This document shows positions 48,565 to 58,706 of a DNA stretch of 64,000 nucleotides, piece after piece. Location of the stretch: contig JABCPJ020000004.1 in the NCBI GenBank assembly GCA_013333135.2, positions 11,485 to 75,484 of the forward strand. The letters are read 5' to 3'. Position numbers and translations under genes: made by a program. The notes under the pieces were generated by a model, which saw only the letters and a list, made by a program, of their open reading frames with translations, was not told the origin of the DNA and did no database searches. Position 1 is the stretch's first letter, and each line of letters begins with the position of its first letter. This DNA comes from Candidatus Saccharimonadota bacterium. Lineage in GTDB: Bacteria; Patescibacteriota; Saccharimonadia; Saccharimonadales; Saccharimonadaceae.

Positions 48565-50202
48565 TTATTTTTTCAATATTTTACTAGCCTTACTTAATGC
48601 CATACGTGCGTGAGTTAGGGCTATATTATACGGATTTCTCATTTCTCCTTTAACCTTCTTAAGGAAAAGATACCTATTCGCATTCTTCCTTTCACTCTCT
48701 GGCACCGAAGCGATTTCCTCATTGGAATATTTTTCACCCACATGCGAGCCAATATTTTCTAAGAAGCCTTCCTTTACCTGGTCGAGCATTTCCAATTCTT
48801 TCATGGCTTTTTGTCTCTCTTCTTCGCTACTTCTCTTACTATCAATAATTTTCTGTAGTTCATTTCTTGAAACATCGATACGATAAAGTCCAATACCAAA
48901 TTCTTTTGCCACATTACCGGTATACACCGCACGTCCGACATCAAGTTTAATTTGATCCAAATCAAACTTTTTCTCAAAAGCCTTCATCTTCTCAATTGAT
49001 TCATTGTGCAACTTATTTCGTTCATCAAAAGATGCAAAATCTGGGTCGTTCGCTTCTGGTTTTTTTAATGGCATCAAGAAGTTTCGATTATCCATCTCTT
49101 TATAGCCATTCGCCGCCATTGCCCCACCGAGAGTTTTTAAGTTTTCCTGGAAAAATTTATCCTCTGCTTGCTTCAATACCTCTTTTTGCGTCACGTTTAA
49201 AGTTTCGGTTTTAGCCCCAGCCGACTCAGCCGACCCCGATGCCGAACCTTCTCCCGACTTACCGCCAGCCGTACTATTTTCAGTCGTTGTATTTCCAGCT
49301 GTACTGTTTTCAGCCTTACTGTTTTCGGACGTGCCATTTCCGGTCGTACTATTCTCGACCGTCTTATTTACCTTTACCATTGGAGCACTCGCCCCAGAGT
49401 AAAACATTGGGCCACCCACTCCGCCAGTCCAAGAAAAAGTACTGGTTGGTTTTTTCTCTGGAGCTTCAGATTTATCAGTCTTGCCTTCAGTTTTCTCTTC
49501 AGTCTGACTCTCAGTTTTATTTTCGATCTTTTCCTCGGTATTTTCCTCGGACTTATCTTCGGTTTTTCCCTCGACCGTATCTTCGGTTTTTTCTTCGGTT
49601 TCTTTTTCAGTCTTTTTTTCGGCCTGTCCCTCAGTCTTTTCTTTAGTCTCGGTCTTCGGCTTTTCCTCGCTCGGTTTACCACCAAATAACTGGTAGACTC
49701 GCTCATCCATTTCCCGAGCCTTCTTTATTTCTTCTATTTTATCGGAACTCTCGACTAGACGCTGCGAAAAACTCTCCATTAGCTTCATTTTTTCGCCTCG
49801 TGGCAGTTCTTTGTCTTGGCTAAGCTTTCTTAAAGAATCCTTATTCTCTTCGAGGTGACGATTTTGAATCTCAAGCTCTTTCTCACGCTCCGCCTCGTTC
49901 ACCTCGCGATTTTCATAAATATTATAAAGCTTCGTCAATTTAGTTTCGACTAAATCCAGCGCCTGCTTCTTAGTTTTATAATCATCAAAACCAAGTTTCC
50001 CCTCCATTTTCATCTGCTCAATCATATCACGACGGTCCGCGATTTGATGCATCTTCATCTCAAAAATTTCCGCCCCAGTTTTTGGCTTTTCTGAATTTTT
50101 CTCTGCCTCAAAATTCTTCACCGGATTTTGCTCCGCTGTAAAGTTACTAGTTTTTTCTGCCCCACCCACTGGGGCGGCACTACCTAATTTATTTGGATTC
50201 AT
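48565..50202 (-). CDS. Hypothetical coiled-coil/low-complexity protein
   Basis: 545-aa ORF; (KTE[EGD])n and ENST repeats; no signal peptide. Confidence 0.75.
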   Translation of the reverse strand: MNPNKLGSAAPVGGAEKTSNFTAEQNPVKNFEAEKNSEKPKTGAEIFEMKMHQIADRRDMIEQMKMEGKLGFDDYKTKKQALDLVETKLTKLYNIYENREVNEAEREKELEIQNRHLEENKDSLRKLSQDKELPRGEKMKLMESFSQRLVESSDKIEEIKKAREMDERVYQLFGGKPSEEKPKTETKEKTEGQAEKKTEKETEEKTEDTVEGKTEDKSEENTEEKIENKTESQTEEKTEGKTDKSEAPEKKPTSTFSWTGGVGGPMFYSGASAPMVKVNKTVENSTTGNGTSENSKAENSTAGNTTTENSTAGGKSGEGSASGSAESAGAKTETLNVTQKEVLKQAEDKFFQENLKTLGGAMAANGYKEMDNRNFLMPLKKPEANDPDFASFDERNKLHNESIEKMKAFEKKFDLDQIKLDVGRAVYTGNVAKEFGIGLYRIDVSRNELQKIIDSKRSSEEERQKAMKELEMLDQVKEGFLENIGSHVGEKYSNEEIASVPESERKNANRYLFLKKVKGEMRNPYNIALTHARMALSKASKILKK

Positions 50203-50314
50203 TGTTATTTTAGTCCCTCAAATTAGATTAAGTATAACGCTTATTCTAATCTTAATCAACCAGCCAGCCCCAAAAAACTAACACTTTAATTCAAAATTAT
50301 TCCCCAAAATTTAT

Positions 50315-51928
50315 CTATCCTAACCGTTCAATTTCCTTCAAAATCTCCGTCATCCGCTCTTCGTCTTCACAAGATTCAAGCTCTAAAATCAATTGTTTCT
50401 TTTTCTCTTTATTACGTTCTACCTCGTAACGTTGACGAAGTTCCTGACTTAATTTCAAAAGTTCTGTTTCACCTTTTTTCGCAAATTTTTCCTCAAAAAT
50501 CAGCGACAATTCTTCCAGTTTTACTTCATCGGTTGGAATTTCCAAATCAATTTCCGCTCCTGCTGTTCCCCCGTAAACCAAAATCGCCAGTAAATCATTT
50601 TCTAGCACCTTCAAAATACTCGGCGTTACCGTCTCGTTCACCTCTTTCACTGGTTTAAGCCTCACAGTTTCCACTTGCACCTTTTTCTCTTTCAGGTCCT
50701 CCACCGTCACTTCCAATTTTCGCGCCACCATCTGCTCATAATGTTTGCGCTCCACCGGATCCTGAATCTCCACAATTAATTTCATTGCCAGATCCGAATA
50801 TTGCTTCTTCCCCATTCCGGTACGTAAGTTATATTTAATTTCATATTTGCCCAACACCCAGTCAATCGCTGGCACTGGTTTCATTACACATTCACGCCAT
50901 TTTTCTGGCGCCGAACGAATTAATTCATCCGGATCTTTCGCCTTACCATAATCCGATACCACCGACAAAGAAATCCCCAATTTACTTGCCATCAAAATCG
51001 CGCGCTCCGTCGCTGCTACACCCGCTGCATCGCCATCATAGGCCAAACGAATATCTGAAGTTAACCGCGATAAAATCTTCAAATGATTTTCTGTCATTGC
51101 CGTACCCGAAGTCGCCACCGCCTCCTGCACCCCCGCCTGATGCGACGAAATCACGTCCATATTCCCCTCTACAATCACACAAAAACCATTTTCCCTAATC
51201 GCTTTTTTCGCCAAATTTAAACCAAAAATAAATCGACCCTTATTAAAGAGCAATGTTTCCGAAGTATTCAAGTATTTTGGCTCACCCGCCTCCGTAATTC
51301 GCCCTGTAAAACCAATCACATTATCGGAACTTGCATCAATAAACGGAATCATCATCCTACCACGGAAAAAATCTCCCCCAAAGCGATTCATTAATCCCGC
51401 CTCTTTAATTTCCGCTTCCTTATAGCCACGTTTTTTCAAAAAATTTACCAAAAAATCTTTTCCACTCGGTGCATAACCAATCCGAAAATTCAAAATTGAA
51501 TTACGATCCAAGTTTCTCTGATAAAACGCATAATCTCGAATTTTTTCATTTTTCACTAGGCACGCTTGATAAAATTTCGTCGCCAGTTCCAAAATTTCCC
51601 GCATTTTCATCTTCGTACGCGATACTTGCATATCTCCGCTCGAATATTTTTTTAGTTCCACCCCCGCTTTCGCCGCTAATTTTTCCAAAGCTTCCGGGAA
51701 ACTAATTCCCTCCACCTCCATCACAAACGAGAAAATATCCCCACCTTTATTTGCCGAGAAATCATGCCAAATCCCCTTATCTGGCGACACCATAAAGGAA
51801 GGCGTTTTATCCACACCCCATGGCGAGTGACCTTTCAAAGTCGCACCACTTCGCTTCAGCTCAATATATTCCGATACCACATCTTCGATCGGCAGCCTGG
51901 CTCGAATTTCCTCCTTCGCATCTTGCAT
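50315..51928 (-). CDS. dnaG: DNA primase
   Basis: DKTPSF; FRGRMMIP; PKYLNT; VEGNMD; YDGDAAG; KDPD. Confidence 0.96.
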   Translation of the reverse strand: MQDAKEEIRARLPIEDVVSEYIELKRSGATLKGHSPWGVDKTPSFMVSPDKGIWHDFSANKGGDIFSFVMEVEGISFPEALEKLAAKAGVELKKYSSGDMQVSRTKMKMREILELATKFYQACLVKNEKIRDYAFYQRNLDRNSILNFRIGYAPSGKDFLVNFLKKRGYKEAEIKEAGLMNRFGGDFFRGRMMIPFIDASSDNVIGFTGRITEAGEPKYLNTSETLLFNKGRFIFGLNLAKKAIRENGFCVIVEGNMDVISSHQAGVQEAVATSGTAMTENHLKILSRLTSDIRLAYDGDAAGVAATERAILMASKLGISLSVVSDYGKAKDPDELIRSAPEKWRECVMKPVPAIDWVLGKYEIKYNLRTGMGKKQYSDLAMKLIVEIQDPVERKHYEQMVARKLEVTVEDLKEKKVQVETVRLKPVKEVNETVTPSILKVLENDLLAILVYGGTAGAEIDLEIPTDEVKLEELSLIFEEKFAKKGETELLKLSQELRQRYEVERNKEKKKQLILELESCEDEERMTEILKEIERLG

Positions 51929-51966
51929 AACTCAATTATAACAAACCTCTATGCTATAATTAAAGC
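51929..51966. promoter_or_regulatory. Back-to-back -10 elements, each 6 nt from a divergent ATG
   Basis: CAT-N6-ATTATA-N14-TATAAT-N6-ATG. Confidence 0.7.
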
Positions 51967-52629
51967 ATGGACAATATGGCTTATCTTCAACAAATCGCCT
52001 CTAATTCTTCCAAGCCGAATTCAGGCAAAAAGAGTTCTCCTTTTGGTTTTCTCGATAAAATCATACCTTATCTTACCCTGCGCAATATATCTATCGCTCT
52101 CGGGGCTATTTTCATCTTGATTCTTTTTAGTGTTTTTTCTGGCACCAAAAAAATTGTCGAAAACCGTGATCGCGATAATTTAGTTTCGAGCTTCTATCTT
52201 GCCAAATATATGAACGAGGAACTTATCGACAAATACAAGGACTACATGCAATCCTCTGACGTTCGCGGTATTACCGCCTCGCTTCAAGCCGTGCTTGCCG
52301 AACTTGAATTAAATGAAAAAAATCTTCTAAACTCCGAATTTGGTATTCCTGAATTAGAATCCACTTATGACGAATCTAATCTCGCTACTACTCAAAAAGA
52401 AACCGTCGCCAAAATCGCTGAACAATTCGAAAATGGTCGCATCTCCGCTCGCCTCGACCGCTTCGCTTTACGTGAATTTCCTCTACTTCTTGCCTATTTG
52501 ATCAATTATCAGACCGAAGCCGAAACTCGTACCACCAATCAAAAAGTCAAAGCTAACACTATCGAACGTGTGAAAAATCTCGAAAATATTAAAGCTCAAT
52601 ACGAAAATTTCAAATCTTCCGCTATCTAA
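51967..52629 (+). CDS. Hypothetical membrane-anchored helical protein
   Basis: YLQQIA N-terminus; single TM; helical remainder. Confidence 0.75.
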   Translation: MDNMAYLQQIASNSSKPNSGKKSSPFGFLDKIIPYLTLRNISIALGAIFILILFSVFSGTKKIVENRDRDNLVSSFYLAKYMNEELIDKYKDYMQSSDVRGITASLQAVLAELELNEKNLLNSEFGIPELESTYDESNLATTQKETVAKIAEQFENGRISARLDRFALREFPLLLAYLINYQTEAETRTTNQKVKANTIERVKNLENIKAQYENFKSSAI

Positions 52630-52745
52630 AATTACAAAAAATTTTTTCCAAAATCCATTTCATAAAACTTGAGAAGCCATCTCGTGAAACTCTTAAATCA
52701 CGACATAAAAATAAGTCGCTCATCGCGCCCTATTTTTATCAAAAC

Positions 52746-52859
52746 TTATTTCTGATGCTTGCGAATATCTTTCAAGACTTCGATTATTTCTGGTGCTTAC
52801 GAATATCTTTCAAGACTTCGATTATTTCTGGTGCTTACGAATATCCTTCAAAACTTCGA
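52746..52859 (-). repeat. Three tandem 38-bp copies of the mscL 3' end
   Basis: Units start at 52746, 52784 and 52822. Confidence 0.95.
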
Positions 52860-53277
52860 GGATTTGTTCATCAGTAGTTGGCTCGGCTTTTTCTTCTTCA
52901 TCTTTCTTGAAGTTCTTAGAGAATTTATTTACCAACTTGACAATAATGAACACACAGAAAGCGATGATAATAAAATCCACCATATTCTGCAAGAAGCTAC
53001 CGTAGTGAATATGCGCAGCCGAATCTTGTCCGAAGAAGTTTGGAATTGTGATTTCCAAATTACGGAAATCCACCCCACCGACAATCAAGCTCACTACTGG
53101 CATGATAATATCATTTACCAGTGATGAAATAATTTTCTGGAATGCACCACCGATAATCACACCGACGGCTAAATCGAGTACGTTACCGCGATTAATGAAT
53201 TCCTTAAATTCTGTCATAAAGTTCGATTTACTCACTTTTTCGACATTCTTTTTGAGTTTTTTCAATTCTTTTTTCAT
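52822..53277 (-). CDS. mscL: Large-conductance mechanosensitive channel
   Basis: [33 protein letters not shown]. Confidence 0.96.
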   Translation of the reverse strand: MKKELKKLKKNVEKVSKSNFMTEFKEFINRGNVLDLAVGVIIGGAFQKIISSLVNDIIMPVVSLIVGGVDFRNLEITIPNFFGQDSAAHIHYGSFLQNMVDFIIIAFCVFIIVKLVNKFSKNFKKDEEEKAEPTTDEQILEVLKDIRKHQK

Positions 53278-53363
53278 AGGCTCATTATATGGAAAATTTT
53301 TCGTTCTGGCAAATTATTCTAGATAAAAATAGATCTCTCGACCTATTTTATTATCCTGGAATT

Positions 53364-53696
53364 CTAATCCGTCATTTCCTTAGTCAGATTATAACTTAGT
53401 CGTACCAAGTCCTCGATTTTATCTTCTTCCACTTGGCCACTCAGCACAATTTCTACCCCCCCCACACCGAAATAACGCGAAGTCATCACCGATTCGAATT
53501 CTTCTTTTAAAAGCTTCGATAGATTTCGGTCGCATCGCACTTCTAAAGTATTTTTTCGTTCCACCAAAAATACTTTTCCATTCGGCGCCAAATAAATATA
53601 TTCTTCTAAATTCGGATTTTTCGTATCTGCGTGAATATCAAAAAATCTTTCTTTTTTATATTCACCAATTCCGCTAACTTTTTCTATTTCAAACAT
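53364..53696 (-). CDS. MmcQ/YjbR-family protein
   Basis: GKVF; LEVRCD; DLVRLSYNL. Confidence 0.75.
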   Translation of the reverse strand: MFEIEKVSGIGEYKKERFFDIHADTKNPNLEEYIYLAPNGKVFLVERKNTLEVRCDRNLSKLLKEEFESVMTSRYFGVGGVEIVLSGQVEEDKIEDLVRLSYNLTKEMTD

Positions 53697-53697
53697 C

Positions 53698-54228
53698 TTA
53701 TTTCTTTATATATTTACTATAATATTTTAATTCTTCGATCGACCCCAAAATATCATCCAGCGCCAAATGCATTTCTCTTTTGGTAAATTTTTTCTTCATT
53801 ACATTTTCGAAATACAGTTTAAATGCCGACACATCAAGCATTCGATAATGTAATCGCTCATTTAATTTCGGCCACTCTTTCACGATAAATCTTTTATCCT
53901 GATGAATCGAATTTCCTGCTAAATATACTTCATCGCCGAAATGATCATCGATGAATTTTAATAGCATTTCTTCCACCTCATTCACTGGAAGTCCAGTTTT
54001 ATTTTGTTCACAAAGTTTTTGATAAGTCTCTTCGTGTTTTTCCCAGAACTCCCCCACCATGCGTTCTTTAATCAATTTTTCCGAAACTTTCACCGTCGCC
54101 GTCATTTGCGCCATCAGAGTAAGTTCCCAATCCGTCGCAATTACCGCCACTTCCAAAATCTTATCTTTTTCTGGATCCAGGCCCGTCATTTCAAGGTCCA
54201 TCCAGAGTAATTTCGCTTTTTTCGGCAT
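53698..54228 (-). CDS. orn: Oligoribonuclease
   Basis: WMDLEMTGL; GNSIHQD; HYRMLDVS; HLALDDI. Confidence 0.95.
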   Translation of the reverse strand: MPKKAKLLWMDLEMTGLDPEKDKILEVAVIATDWELTLMAQMTATVKVSEKLIKERMVGEFWEKHEETYQKLCEQNKTGLPVNEVEEMLLKFIDDHFGDEVYLAGNSIHQDKRFIVKEWPKLNERLHYRMLDVSAFKLYFENVMKKKFTKREMHLALDDILGSIEELKYYSKYIKK

Positions 54229-55988
54229 TACATTTGCTCCGGCACTTCAATACCCAGTAAGTTCAAACCGTGAGTCAAAACCTTTAAGTAAACTAAAATA
54301 ATTTTACCTCGTTCTAACTCAAATTCTGAACCCGCCACCTGCACATGTTCATAAAAACGACTAAATTCTTGAGCTAATTCATAAAGATAAGTACAAATCT
54401 TATTTGGCAAAAGTTCACGTACCGTTTCCTTCAGAACATCTGGATACTGCATCAACTTTTTCATCAAATTACGTTCGTATATCGAGATATCCGCAAGATA
54501 TTTTGCTTCTTTTTCCGCCGAATCATTTTCTAAAATTAAAGCCTCAGCCTCCGATTCAACTTTATTTAATTCCCCACTAATGCGACCACTGAAAATTTTT
54601 CCCAAAATTTTCTTCGCACGCACTGCCGAATATTGTAGATATGGACCAGAATTTCCCGTCATCGAGACTGACTCTTTTATATCAAATATGATATCTCCGC
54701 CAATTTTATATTTAGCGAATGCATACTTCAGAGCCCCCATCAAAACCTTCTCGTCACTCGATTCTTCCATCGCCTCGCGTACCATTTCAATCACGTCAAT
54801 CGCACGCAAGAAATTGCCTTTTCTCGAAGACATTTTTTCATTACCCGGCAATTTCACCTGACCATGTGTAATATGCAAAGTCCTACTCGAAAGTTCCGGT
54901 GCATATTGCGAAATCGCCGAAAGCACCACCTTCATGTATTCGATAATATCGTTACCAGTAATAATAATCGATTTATCAAAATGAAAATCTTTATATTTCT
55001 CAAAAATCAAACCAGTATCTTTGGCTTCGTAAGTTGGCAAACCATTATTATTAATAAACACCCTGGTATGAAGTCCATGCTTATCGCCACGGTAAACCAC
55101 CGCTCCATCCGACATTTCATACACCCCGTTCTTAAGCTCGCGACGCACAGTATCTAAACCAGTCTTCGCCACCGTCGATTCAGGGTAATATTTATCAAAT
55201 TTTACCTGCAAACGCTTATAAAAATTCTCAAAATATTGGTAACTATTCTTGCGACCCCAGAAATAAAGTTCCGCCACTCTGGCACGTTCCGGGTCTCCGC
55301 TATAATCCGCACCTTCGCCTGCTTCCGCGATTTCGAAAATCATCTTATTTAGTTTCACAATTTCCGCGTGCGCCCCTGCATCATCCTCATCCGCCCTGGT
55401 GCCAAATACATAACATTCTGCCAGTAAATCCGCCACCTTTTCTGGTGTTAAATCCGTCGGAATCTGGTCAATTTTACGTAGCATTCCATACATATTTCTT
55501 GCTACATGCAGACCGATATCCCCACCGAAATTTGCGCGCACCACTTTACCACCAGCATATTCAATTACGCGTGAAATCGCTTCCCCTACAATCGAAGTAT
55601 AAAGATGGCCGACATGTAACACCTTAAATGGGTTCGGATCGGAAAATTCACAAATCACGGTCTGACCAGAATATTCGTCTGATGATATATTTTTTGTAAA
55701 ATCTTTTTCGAACTTATCGATATTTTTTAGAAGATTTTTATTGCTTAATTTGAAATTCAAAAACCCAGGCCGTGCGATTTCCACTTCCAAATCCGTCTCG
55801 CCGAGTTTACGCACGATTTCTTCTGCGATTTCCATCGGATTTTTCTTTAATGTTTTCGCTAATAACATCGCCACATTGGTCGCGAAGTCGCAACCAGTAT
55901 TTTCTGGTGCGGGCGTCAAAACTACATCCATTTCTACGGAGTATAGTTCGACGATCGTCTTTTTTAGGGTATTTTGAATTTCTTCCAT
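54228..55988 (-). CDS. argS: Arginine-tRNA ligase
   Basis: PNPFKVLHVGH; KMSSRKG; GNSGPYLQY; C-terminal PEQM. Confidence 0.96.
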   Translation of the reverse strand: MEEIQNTLKKTIVELYSVEMDVVLTPAPENTGCDFATNVAMLLAKTLKKNPMEIAEEIVRKLGETDLEVEIARPGFLNFKLSNKNLLKNIDKFEKDFTKNISSDEYSGQTVICEFSDPNPFKVLHVGHLYTSIVGEAISRVIEYAGGKVVRANFGGDIGLHVARNMYGMLRKIDQIPTDLTPEKVADLLAECYVFGTRADEDDAGAHAEIVKLNKMIFEIAEAGEGADYSGDPERARVAELYFWGRKNSYQYFENFYKRLQVKFDKYYPESTVAKTGLDTVRRELKNGVYEMSDGAVVYRGDKHGLHTRVFINNNGLPTYEAKDTGLIFEKYKDFHFDKSIIITGNDIIEYMKVVLSAISQYAPELSSRTLHITHGQVKLPGNEKMSSRKGNFLRAIDVIEMVREAMEESSDEKVLMGALKYAFAKYKIGGDIIFDIKESVSMTGNSGPYLQYSAVRAKKILGKIFSGRISGELNKVESEAEALILENDSAEKEAKYLADISIYERNLMKKLMQYPDVLKETVRELLPNKICTYLYELAQEFSRFYEHVQVAGSEFELERGKIILVYLKVLTHGLNLLGIEVPEQM

Positions 55989-56112
55989 AACTCTATTTTA
56001 TCACAATTTTAATTACACAACATTTTTCAAAAAAATACAAAAAGTGCATAATGAAATCAACTAAAATTTCCCAACCTGGAATTTATTTTTAAAATTTATC
56101 AAACCCAAAAAA

Positions 56113-57714
56113 CTACAAGCTTTTGATGAATTCCATAAATAATGGATGCACGTGTAATGGTCTCGATTTGAATTCTGGGTGTGCTTGCGTCGCCACAAAG
56201 AATTTCTTTCCTGGTGCTTCCACAAATTCCACCAACTTTCCATCCGGTGAAGTTCCCGAAACCACCACACCACCTTTTTCGATTTCTTTCAAGAATTTTT
56301 GATTTACTTCATAACGGTGACGATGACGTTCAACAATATTGGTTTTGCCATAAATTTTTGCCGTCTGACTTCCCTTCACTAATTTCGCCGGAAAATCTCC
56401 GAGACGCATACTACCACCGGTCGACTCCTTCCCCTCTTGGCCATTCATTAAATAAATCACATTTTCTTTCGTCTCTTTATCAAATTCTTCCGAATTCGCT
56501 TGCGTTAGTCCTGCTCTTCTCGCGCTCGCGATACAAGCCACTTGCATCCCTAAACATAATCCGAGGTAAGGCACGTCGTGATCCAAAGCGTAATTTGCTG
56601 CCGCAATTTTCCCCTCCACCCCACGGTTACCGAAACCACCTGGCACCACTAGACCATCGACTTCCGACAACATTTTTTCATCGACTTTTTCTGCGTTAAT
56701 CCACCTAAGATCCAAATTCACATCATTCCAAGCCGCTGCCGCCTTCAAGGCTTCCGTCACACAAATGTAGGTATCTTCATTCCCGACATATTTCGCCACC
56801 AACCCCACCTTCACGGTTCGCGCGTTTTTCTGAGCTCGCTTCTTCGAAAATTCTTCCCAAGCAGACATATCCGGCTCTTTGTCATCCCCCACAAAATCAT
56901 TCAAAATCTCTAGCACCCCAGATTTCAAAACATTAAATGGTACATCGTATACCGAATCAATATCTGGTAGGTTCAAGACTGCTTCATCTGGAATTCCCGA
57001 AAATCTAGCAATTTTTTCACAAATTTCGCGTGGCGCTGGTTTTTCCGTACGACAAACCACCACATCTGGAATGATCCCAAATCCACGTAAATCTTTTAAC
57101 GCATTTTGTGCTGGTTTACTCTTCAATTCTTTCGAAGTATTAATCCATGGCACATAAACTACATTTACGTAAAGACAATTTCGACGCCCCACCTTATTTC
57201 CGAACAATCTGATCGCTTCAATAAACGACAGACCCTCATAGTCACCGACTGTACCACCAATTTCTACGATATGAATATCCGAATTTTTCGAAGCATTCAT
57301 AATTTTTTCTTGTACTAATTCCGTAAAATGCGGCACCAACTGTACGGTTTTACCATGAAAACCTCCGGCGCGTTCTTTTTCAATCAATTCTTTAAAAATC
57401 GAACCCGAAAGCGTAATCGAATAACGGTTCGTTTCAAAATCCAAGAAGCGTTCATAGTGGCCGAGATCAAGATCGGTTTCCACCCCATCATGGGTCACAT
57501 AACATTCACCATGTTCCACCGGATTCAAAAGTCCCGCATCCACGTTTAGATATGGATCGCACTTTTGCATCGTCACATTATAGCCCTTGGCTTTCAAAAT
57601 AGCACCAATCGAAGCCGCCGTAATTCCCTTTCCCACCCCCGAAAGTACTCCGCCAGTCACGAAGATATATTTACATTTATTCTTCTCTTTTTGTTTTTCG
57701 TCTTTATTTTTCAT
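56113..57714 (-). CDS. pyrG: CTP synthase
   Basis: GGVLSGVGKG; DLDLGHYERF; GLCLGMQ; ERHRHRYE; HPEF. Confidence 0.97.
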   Translation of the reverse strand: MKNKDEKQKEKNKCKYIFVTGGVLSGVGKGITAASIGAILKAKGYNVTMQKCDPYLNVDAGLLNPVEHGECYVTHDGVETDLDLGHYERFLDFETNRYSITLSGSIFKELIEKERAGGFHGKTVQLVPHFTELVQEKIMNASKNSDIHIVEIGGTVGDYEGLSFIEAIRLFGNKVGRRNCLYVNVVYVPWINTSKELKSKPAQNALKDLRGFGIIPDVVVCRTEKPAPREICEKIARFSGIPDEAVLNLPDIDSVYDVPFNVLKSGVLEILNDFVGDDKEPDMSAWEEFSKKRAQKNARTVKVGLVAKYVGNEDTYICVTEALKAAAAWNDVNLDLRWINAEKVDEKMLSEVDGLVVPGGFGNRGVEGKIAAANYALDHDVPYLGLCLGMQVACIASARRAGLTQANSEEFDKETKENVIYLMNGQEGKESTGGSMRLGDFPAKLVKGSQTAKIYGKTNIVERHRHRYEVNQKFLKEIEKGGVVVSGTSPDGKLVEFVEAPGKKFFVATQAHPEFKSRPLHVHPLFMEFIKSL

Positions 57715-57851
57715 GGGACACCTCTCCTTTCGCCCACTCCATTAACTTTTACATACCTTCATATTAGCATAAACATTAAATAAAAATAGTCTATTTTCTC
57801 AGACTTTTCTTCATTTTCTCCCTAAATTCTGTTATAATATAGAAAATTGTT

Positions 57852-57941
57852 GGAAGTGTGTCCGAGTGGTTTAAGGAGCACGCCTGGAACGCGTGTATGC
57901 GGGGAACCGTATCGGAGGTTCGAATCCTCTCGCTTCCGCCA
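57852..57941 (+). tRNA. tRNA-Ser(GGA)
   Basis: Long variable arm; loop CTGGAAC; GCCA end. Confidence 0.95.
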
Positions 57942-57983
57942 AGTTTATAAAAAGACTAGTTTACTAGTCCTTTTTTAAACCTT

Positions 57984-58117
57984 GCGAGAGGATGAGAACC
58001 GTAGGTTAGACCGGACGACGAAGCGAGTGAAAGACAAAAAGCTTGCTTTTTTCTTTCTGAGCAAGGAGGAACGGAAAGATTTCGCGAAGCGAAATTTTAA
58101 TCCTCTCGCTTCCGCCA
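57984..58117 (+). repeat. tRNA-Ser-linked repeat ending in a 19-bp copy of the tRNA 3' end
   Basis: AATCCTCTCGCTTCCGCCA at 57923 and 58099; inverted GCGAGAGGAT at 57984. Confidence 0.85.
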
Positions 58118-58163
58118 TTAAAATAAAATAGACCCAGAGGGTCTTATTTTATTTTAATAATTT

Positions 58164-58574
58164 TTAGCGATTCCCTTTGTTGTGCAAGAAATACACCAAC
58201 GCCGAAACAAAAGCTCCCAGTGTTACCATGCTACCCACTGCCATAGTCGCTATCATTGTTGCAGATATACTTAGTTCCGTCATATAATTCATGCGATCAT
58301 AAATAAACAATGCCGACTCACTATTCGTTACATCTTCCGTTTTCTTTTCTTCGGAATTTTCACAAAGCCAAGCGTTTTTTAATACCAACTTCTCATGCTT
58401 TTCAGTTCCATCATGACAAATTGCTGGCACATTAGTCACATCTGCCCCTGAGTTCATTGCCTTCTTGATACCTGTAACACTCCAGACCGTCAAAACCCCA
58501 GACACAACGCCTAAAATTAATAGTAAAGCCGTATTTAATCCTACAAATCGTTTTTTATTTTCTCTTCCCGCCAT
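58164..58574 (-). CDS. Hypothetical 2-TM protein
   Basis: AAGGAG SD; two hydrophobic helices; Cys pair in the loop. Confidence 0.7.
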   Translation of the reverse strand: MAGRENKKRFVGLNTALLLILGVVSGVLTVWSVTGIKKAMNSGADVTNVPAICHDGTEKHEKLVLKNAWLCENSEEKKTEDVTNSESALFIYDRMNYMTELSISATMIATMAVGSMVTLGAFVSALVYFLHNKGNR

Positions 58575-58706
58575 TTATTCTCCTTACGGTTAGTTTTTAT
58601 ATCTTTATTCTAAAACAAAAATTATATTTTATAAATACTTATTAAGAATAATATGCTAAAATTACATCAGCTATGGTTGTTTAATATTTTAAAGGGGGAT
58701 AATCAA

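Noticed and set aside
52746..52859. CRISPR array
   Set aside because: Head-to-tail copies without spacers that match mscL coding sequence
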